A DNA stretch of 39,803 bases from NCBI GenBank assembly GCA_043780715.1, contig JAYWCF010000069.1, positions 1 to 39,803 on the forward strand, written 5' to 3'. This DNA comes from Methylotenera sp. Lineage in GTDB: Bacteria; Pseudomonadota; Gammaproteobacteria; Burkholderiales; Methylophilaceae. The position numbers and the translations under genes were made by a program. Below the pieces are notes generated by a model that saw only the letters and a list, made by a program, of their open reading frames with translations, did not search any database and was not told the origin of the DNA. Shown one piece after another: positions 34,618 through 39,803 of this stretch (the first letter of the stretch is position 1; each line of letters begins with the position of its first letter).

Positions 34618-35328
34618 ATGAAGGCAATGATTTTAGCCGCAGGCCGCGGTGAGCGCATGCGCCCGCTTACCGACCATACGCCAAAGCCCTTATTAAAAGT
34701 GGGCGGCAAAGCCTTAATCGTTTGGCATTTAGAGAATTTAGCCAAAGCAGGCTTTAAAGAAATAGTGATTAATCACGCGCATTTAGGCAGCCAAATAGAA
34801 GCCGCGCTTGGCGATGGCAGCCAATGGGGTTTGCAGATTAGCTACAGCCCAGAAGAAAAAGCTTTAGAAACAGCAGGCGGCATTGCCAATGCGCTGCCCT
34901 TGTTAACGCAAAATGGCAGTGAAAACGAACCGTTTTTAGTGGTGAATGGTGATATTTATACTGATTTTGACTTCGCAACCCTAACTCCCTCGCCCTTAAA
35001 GGGAGAGGGTGGGGGAGAGGGTGAAATCGCACAAATTTTAGCTAATCTAGTGCTGGTCGATAATCCGCCACAACACAGTCAGGGCGATTTTTCGATTGAT
35101 AACGGCTTATTAATAAATCAAGGCGAGCCCATGCATACCTTTTCTGGCGTAGGCGTGTATCACCCCAATTTATTTGCATCAATTAAACGTGGCGATGCTG
35201 CCAAATTAGCGCCATTATTACGTCAAGCCATTGCCGAAAATAAAGCCAGTGCGCAATATTATCAAGGCGTGTGGCACGATATTGGAACGCCTGAGCGATT
35301 ACAGGCTCTGAATAAATTGATGCTTTAA
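34618..35328 (+). CDS. murU: MurU (mirror copy)
   Basis: Translation identical to 4477-5187. Confidence 0.88.
   Translation: MKAMILAAGRGERMRPLTDHTPKPLLKVGGKALIVWHLENLAKAGFKEIVINHAHLGSQIEAALGDGSQWGLQISYSPEEKALETAGGIANALPLLTQNGSENEPFLVVNGDIYTDFDFATLTPSPLKGEGGGEGEIAQILANLVLVDNPPQHSQGDFSIDNGLLINQGEPMHTFSGVGVYHPNLFASIKRGDAAKLAPLLRQAIAENKASAQYYQGVWHDIGTPERLQALNKLML
34983..35024. repeat. BoxC-like element in murU (mirror copy)
   Basis: aactccctcgcccttaaagggagagggtgggggagagggtga, the mirror of 4781-4822. Confidence 0.6.
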
Positions 35329-35355
35329 ACCATTTGAATTTTATAAAACTATCTT

Positions 35356-36675
35356 ATGTTTAATACAACCGAATTTCAGCAACGCCGCAGCCAGCTTTTA
35401 AGCAAAATGGGTAACGGTATAGCCATTATCCCTACCGCACCAGAAGTGGTACGCAATCGGGATAGTCACTACCCATACCGTTTTGATAGCTATTTTTATT
35501 ATTTAACGGGTTTTACCGAGCCAGAAAGCGTGCTGGTTTTAATAGGGGGTAATGCAGCAAAAAGTCAGCCGCCCAAAAGCATTTTATTTTGCCGCGATAA
35601 AGATATGGAGCGCGAAATTTGGGATGGCTTTCGCTTTGGCCCTGCGGCGGCCAAACAGCAATTTGGCTTTGATGAAACACACAGCATTCATGAGCTAGAT
35701 GCCATAATGCCAAGCTTAATGGCTAATCAAACCCAATTATTTTACAGCTTGGGTTTTGATGCGACATGGGATAAACGCATAACTGATTGGCTTAACAAAG
35801 TGAAAGATTTGGCGCGCACAGGCGTTTCGGCGCCAGAAGCGATTATGGACGTGCGCCAATTAGTGGATAAACAACGTTTGATTAAAACACCATTTGAAAT
35901 CGATTTAATGCGTCGCAGCGCCAATATTGCGGCGGCAGCACATAATCGCGCCATGCAAATGACGCAACCAAATCAAAAAGAATACCAAATAGAAGCCGAA
36001 TTTTTGCACGAATTTTATCGTAACGGCGCACAAGCGCCTGCCTACACCAGCATTGTGGCAGGCGGCGCCAATGCTTGCACGCTGCATTACAATGCCAATA
36101 ATTGCCGCTTAAATGATGGTGACTTATTGTTGATTGACGCGGGTTGCGAGTTGGATGGCTATGCCAGCGATATTACGCGCACCTTCCCTGTAAATGGCAA
36201 ATTTAGCCCAGCCCAGCGCGATTTATATGATGTTGTTTTGCAGTCACAATTGGCGGCGATTGATGCCGCTAAACCGGGTAATCATTGGAATGCGCCGCAT
36301 GAAGCGGCTTTAACTATTTTAGTACAAGGCTTTATTGATTTTAAATTGTGCAAAGGTAGCGTTGAAGAGGTGCTGGAAAATGCCAGCTATCGCCAATTTT
36401 ACATGCACCGCACTGGCCACTGGCTGGGTTTAGATGTGCATGATGCAGGCGATTATAAAGATAAAACTGGCAATTGGGCCATATTAGAGGCGGGCAATAC
36501 CTTAACGGTTGAGCCTGGTTGTTATGTGCGCCCAGCCGAAAGTGTGCCTGAGCACTTTTGGAATATTGGTATTCGCATTGAAGATGATGTGCTGATTACC
36601 GCAACGAACAATGAAGTGCTGACCAAAAATGCGGTGAAAACAATCGCTGATATTGAGCAATTAATGCAGCACTAA
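35356..36675 (+). CDS. pepP: Xaa-Pro aminopeptidase (mirror copy)
   Basis: Translation identical to 3130-4449. Confidence 0.93.
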   Translation: MFNTTEFQQRRSQLLSKMGNGIAIIPTAPEVVRNRDSHYPYRFDSYFYYLTGFTEPESVLVLIGGNAAKSQPPKSILFCRDKDMEREIWDGFRFGPAAAKQQFGFDETHSIHELDAIMPSLMANQTQLFYSLGFDATWDKRITDWLNKVKDLARTGVSAPEAIMDVRQLVDKQRLIKTPFEIDLMRRSANIAAAAHNRAMQMTQPNQKEYQIEAEFLHEFYRNGAQAPAYTSIVAGGANACTLHYNANNCRLNDGDLLLIDAGCELDGYASDITRTFPVNGKFSPAQRDLYDVVLQSQLAAIDAAKPGNHWNAPHEAALTILVQGFIDFKLCKGSVEEVLENASYRQFYMHRTGHWLGLDVHDAGDYKDKTGNWAILEAGNTLTVEPGCYVRPAESVPEHFWNIGIRIEDDVLITATNNEVLTKNAVKTIADIEQLMQH

Positions 36676-36691
36676 TGCAAAAATTATTAAA

Positions 36692-37864
36692 ATGATGAAA
36701 CAAGCAGATTCTATTATTATCGTTGGCGGTGGGCCTGTTGGTGCTGTTTTAGCACTTAGCCTGCAGCAAAAAGGCGTGGCATTTACACTGCTAGAAGCGC
36801 GCGCAAAAGGCGCTTCGCATAGCGATACGCGCGCGCTGGCGCTATCGCATGGCAGTCGTGTGATTTTAGAAAAACTTAATATTTGGTCTGAAATTGAAGC
36901 GCAAGCCACAGCGATTAAAACCATTCATATCTCTCAACGCGGTGGTTTTGGCCGTACTAAATTAGAGGCAGCCGAACATCAATTGCCTGCATTGGGCTAT
37001 GTGATGCCATACGGCGCTTTAACCAAAGCGCTTGATGCGGCGCTAGATTTGAATCATGTGCTTTATGAGGCGCATGCCACTGAAGTGCGCAACCAGGCCA
37101 CGGCGGCAGAAGTTTTCTTTAAGCAAGCCGATATTGAAGTTAGTATTAGCAGCCCCTTAGCGGTAATTGCCGATGGTGGCCGTAGCTTGGAAAATGTTCC
37201 GAATATTGAGCGCGAAACAAAAGATTACGGCCATGATGCACTGGTGAGCAAAGTGAAAACTGAGCTTCCGCATGCCAATGTGGCGTATGAGCGTTTTACG
37301 CCAACAGGCCCTATGGCCTTATTGCCCAATGGCCAGAGTGCCGATTCGCATGAGTTTTCTTTAGTGTGGACTGGCGAAAAAGCCAAAATTGATGACTTGA
37401 TGGCCTTAGATGACGATGCTTTTTTAAAGGCTTTACATACAGCGTTTGGCGATCGCGTTGGTCAATTTTTATCCATTGAAAAACGCAACCGATTTCCGCT
37501 TAAATTAAGCACCTTAAAATCGGGCGTTATACCTCATGTGGCGATTATTGGTAACGCCGCACAAACCATGCACCCAGTGGCGGGGCAAGGCTTTAATGTA
37601 GGCTTGCGCGATGCCGAAGTATTTGCGAAATTATTAACTTCTGCGCCAAAAAACCAATGTGGCAGTGAATCGATGTTGCAAGAATATCAAAATCAGCGTG
37701 CGCGTGATGCGCGTGGCAGCCTTAAATTTACCGATGGTTTACTGGAAATATTTTCCAATGATTTGATTGGCGTTTCTGGCGCGCGTGGTTTTGGGCTTGG
37801 TGCGCTATCCATGTTAAAACCTGCACGCGAATTTCTAGTCGGCAAAATGAGCTATGGAAAATAA
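36692..37864 (+). CDS. ubiH: UbiH-like hydroxylase (mirror copy)
   Basis: Translation identical to 1941-3113. Confidence 0.83.
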   Translation: MMKQADSIIIVGGGPVGAVLALSLQQKGVAFTLLEARAKGASHSDTRALALSHGSRVILEKLNIWSEIEAQATAIKTIHISQRGGFGRTKLEAAEHQLPALGYVMPYGALTKALDAALDLNHVLYEAHATEVRNQATAAEVFFKQADIEVSISSPLAVIADGGRSLENVPNIERETKDYGHDALVSKVKTELPHANVAYERFTPTGPMALLPNGQSADSHEFSLVWTGEKAKIDDLMALDDDAFLKALHTAFGDRVGQFLSIEKRNRFPLKLSTLKSGVIPHVAIIGNAAQTMHPVAGQGFNVGLRDAEVFAKLLTSAPKNQCGSESMLQEYQNQRARDARGSLKFTDGLLEIFSNDLIGVSGARGFGLGALSMLKPAREFLVGKMSYGK

Positions 37865-39032
37865 AATAGATTGTGATGTGATTGTTGTTGGCGCTGGCTT
37901 GGTGGGCCTTGCAGCGGCAATTGCCTTAAGTTTGCAGCATAAAAAAGTGGTGCTGGTGTCTGATAAATCGATGCCAGATTTAAGCTTAAATTTAAACATT
38001 GATAGTTGGGATGAGCGCGTATACGCCTTAACTCCAGCCACAGAGGCTTGGTTTAAAGACATTGGCGTATGGCATTATGTAAATGAAAATCGGGTTAATC
38101 CGATAGATACGATGCATATTTGGGGTGCGGAAACCGATTTGGTTTTAAACGCAGCCGATGCTAATGTGGCTAAGTTGGGCTTAATTATTGAAAATCAGCA
38201 ATTAATGACGGCGCTGTGGCAAAAATTGCAAACGCTGGATATGACGGTAGTGACTGACGCGCGCGGCACAAAAATTGAACAGTCGGCAAATGCAGTAGTT
38301 TTGCATACAGAGCCTGCCATGCAAATTAACGCCAAGCTAATTGTAGCGGCGGACGGTTTGCAATCATGGGTGAGGCAGCAAGCGAATATTGCAGTAAATG
38401 TAAAAAATTATCATCAAGTGGCGGTTGTGGCTAATTTAATGGCCGAATATCCGCATAATAATGAGGCAAAACAATGGTTTGGCGTGCATGATATTTTGGC
38501 GCTGTTACCTTTACCTAATCGCCATGTATCCATGGTGTGGTCAGTGTCAACCGAAAAAGCCGCTCAACTGTTAGCATTAACAAGTGAGCAACTGTGTGAG
38601 CAAGTGCAAGCGCAATCGCAAGGGTTGATGGGTAAACTAACACTAATTGGACAGGTGAAAAGTGCGGCACTTAATCAACAAACCGCATCGCAATTAATTG
38701 CTGAGCGCGTTGTTTTAGTGGGCGATGCGGCGCATCAAGTGCACCCTATGGCTGGCCAAGGTGTTAATTTAGGTTTTAGAGATGTAATGCAATTGGCACA
38801 ATTAACGACTAAGCTACATCCAATGCAAGATATGGGTGAGCGCGCATTTTTGCGTCAATATGAGCGCGCTAGAAAAGCTGATGTAATGAGCATGAATAGC
38901 TTAACAAGCGGCTTGGATTATTTATTTGCAACAGAACAAACGCTACTAAAAAAATTAAGCAATTGGGGTTTAAAAGTCATTGCGCGGCAAGCTAGCCTTA
39001 AGAAATTACTGATTAAACAAGCCGTACATTAA
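37854..39032 (+). CDS. UbiH/UbiI/UbiF family hydroxylase (mirror copy)
   Basis: Translation identical to 773-1951. Confidence 0.86.
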   Translation: MENKIDCDVIVVGAGLVGLAAAIALSLQHKKVVLVSDKSMPDLSLNLNIDSWDERVYALTPATEAWFKDIGVWHYVNENRVNPIDTMHIWGAETDLVLNAADANVAKLGLIIENQQLMTALWQKLQTLDMTVVTDARGTKIEQSANAVVLHTEPAMQINAKLIVAADGLQSWVRQQANIAVNVKNYHQVAVVANLMAEYPHNNEAKQWFGVHDILALLPLPNRHVSMVWSVSTEKAAQLLALTSEQLCEQVQAQSQGLMGKLTLIGQVKSAALNQQTASQLIAERVVLVGDAAHQVHPMAGQGVNLGFRDVMQLAQLTTKLHPMQDMGERAFLRQYERARKADVMSMNSLTSGLDYLFATEQTLLKKLSNWGLKVIARQASLKKLLIKQAVH

Positions 39033-39068
39033 TACCGTTTTACCAATTTATACTATTTGAAAGTACAT

Positions 39069-39803
39069 ATGAAGTTAAAAATGAAGCCACTTAAATCATT
39101 GTTATTGTTATCAATGTTGGCTGTAAGTCACTTTTCAATGGCAGACGAAGCGAGCCTTAAAAAGGCTATTGAGGCTGCATATCCAAAATTTAAAGTGGAT
39201 AGTGTTGTTAAAACGCCATACGCTGGCCTATATGAAGTATTTATGGGCGGACAAATTATTTATACAGATGAAAAGCTTAGTTTTATCATTGCGGAAGGCC
39301 GATTGGTTGATCCGAAATCGAAGAAAGACGTGACAGGTGAGCGTTTAGAAGAGTTGACCAAAATTGACTTTAATAGCCTGCCATTAGATCAGGCGATTAA
39401 GGTTGTTAAAGGCAATGGTAGCCGTAAGCTGGTGGTGTTTTCAGATGTGGATTGCCCCTATTGCAAGCAATTAGAGCGCAAGGAGCTCAGCAATATAACT
39501 GACGTTACTATTTATACGTTTTTATACCCAATCAATCAATTGCACCCCGATGCCGCTAATAAATCCAGAAGTATTTGGTGCTCAACAAACCGTGAAAAAG
39601 CGTGGACAGATTGGATTTTAAAAGATCAATTACCTACAAGCACAGGCAAATGTGAAGTGCCATTAGAGAAAGTGGGCGAATTAGCACGTAAATTTGGCAT
39701 CACCGGCACACCAGCACTGATTTTTTCAGACGGAAAACGAGTACCAGGCGCTGTGCCACATAAAGAAATTGAGCGCTATTTACAAGCGGCAAGCAGCAAA
39801 GGT
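39069..39803 (+). CDS. dsbC: DsbC (mirror copy, 3' truncated by the window edge)
   Basis: ATG at 39069, 245 codons to the window edge, with DCPYCK and GTP motifs. Confidence 0.88.
   Translation, partial: MKLKMKPLKSLLLLSMLAVSHFSMADEASLKKAIEAAYPKFKVDSVVKTPYAGLYEVFMGGQIIYTDEKLSFIIAEGRLVDPKSKKDVTGERLEELTKIDFNSLPLDQAIKVVKGNGSRKLVVFSDVDCPYCKQLERKELSNITDVTIYTFLYPINQLHPDAANKSRSIWCSTNREKAWTDWILKDQLPTSTGKCEVPLEKVGELARKFGITGTPALIFSDGKRVPGAVPHKEIERYLQAASSKG

Overview
Housekeeping region of a Gram-negative proteobacterium. It is moderately AT-rich and the gene set looks betaproteobacterial; Methylophilaceae-like is my unverified impression. The dominant feature is that the whole window is one giant palindrome: base i pairs with base 39805-i, the axis lies between 19902 and 19903, and there is no spacer. 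The left arm carries dsbC(partial), a UbiH/I/F-family hydroxylase, ubiH, pepP, murU and amgK on the minus strand. It carries lptD-surA-pdxA-rsmA-adk-(LapA-like)-leuS-lptE-holA-proA-nadD on the plus strand. The right arm is the reverse complement, with identical translations. The axis sits in the loop of an intrinsic-terminator-like hairpin 56 bp after nadD. A fold-back assembly or amplification artefact is the most parsimonious explanation, but a hairpin telomere or true inverted duplication cannot be excluded from sequence alone. The unique arm also holds three small palindromic insertion elements: one in frame inside rsmA (RPE-like), a related one overlapping the pdxA start, and a BoxC-like one in frame inside murU. 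I found no RNA genes, CRISPR arrays, transposases or phage genes.
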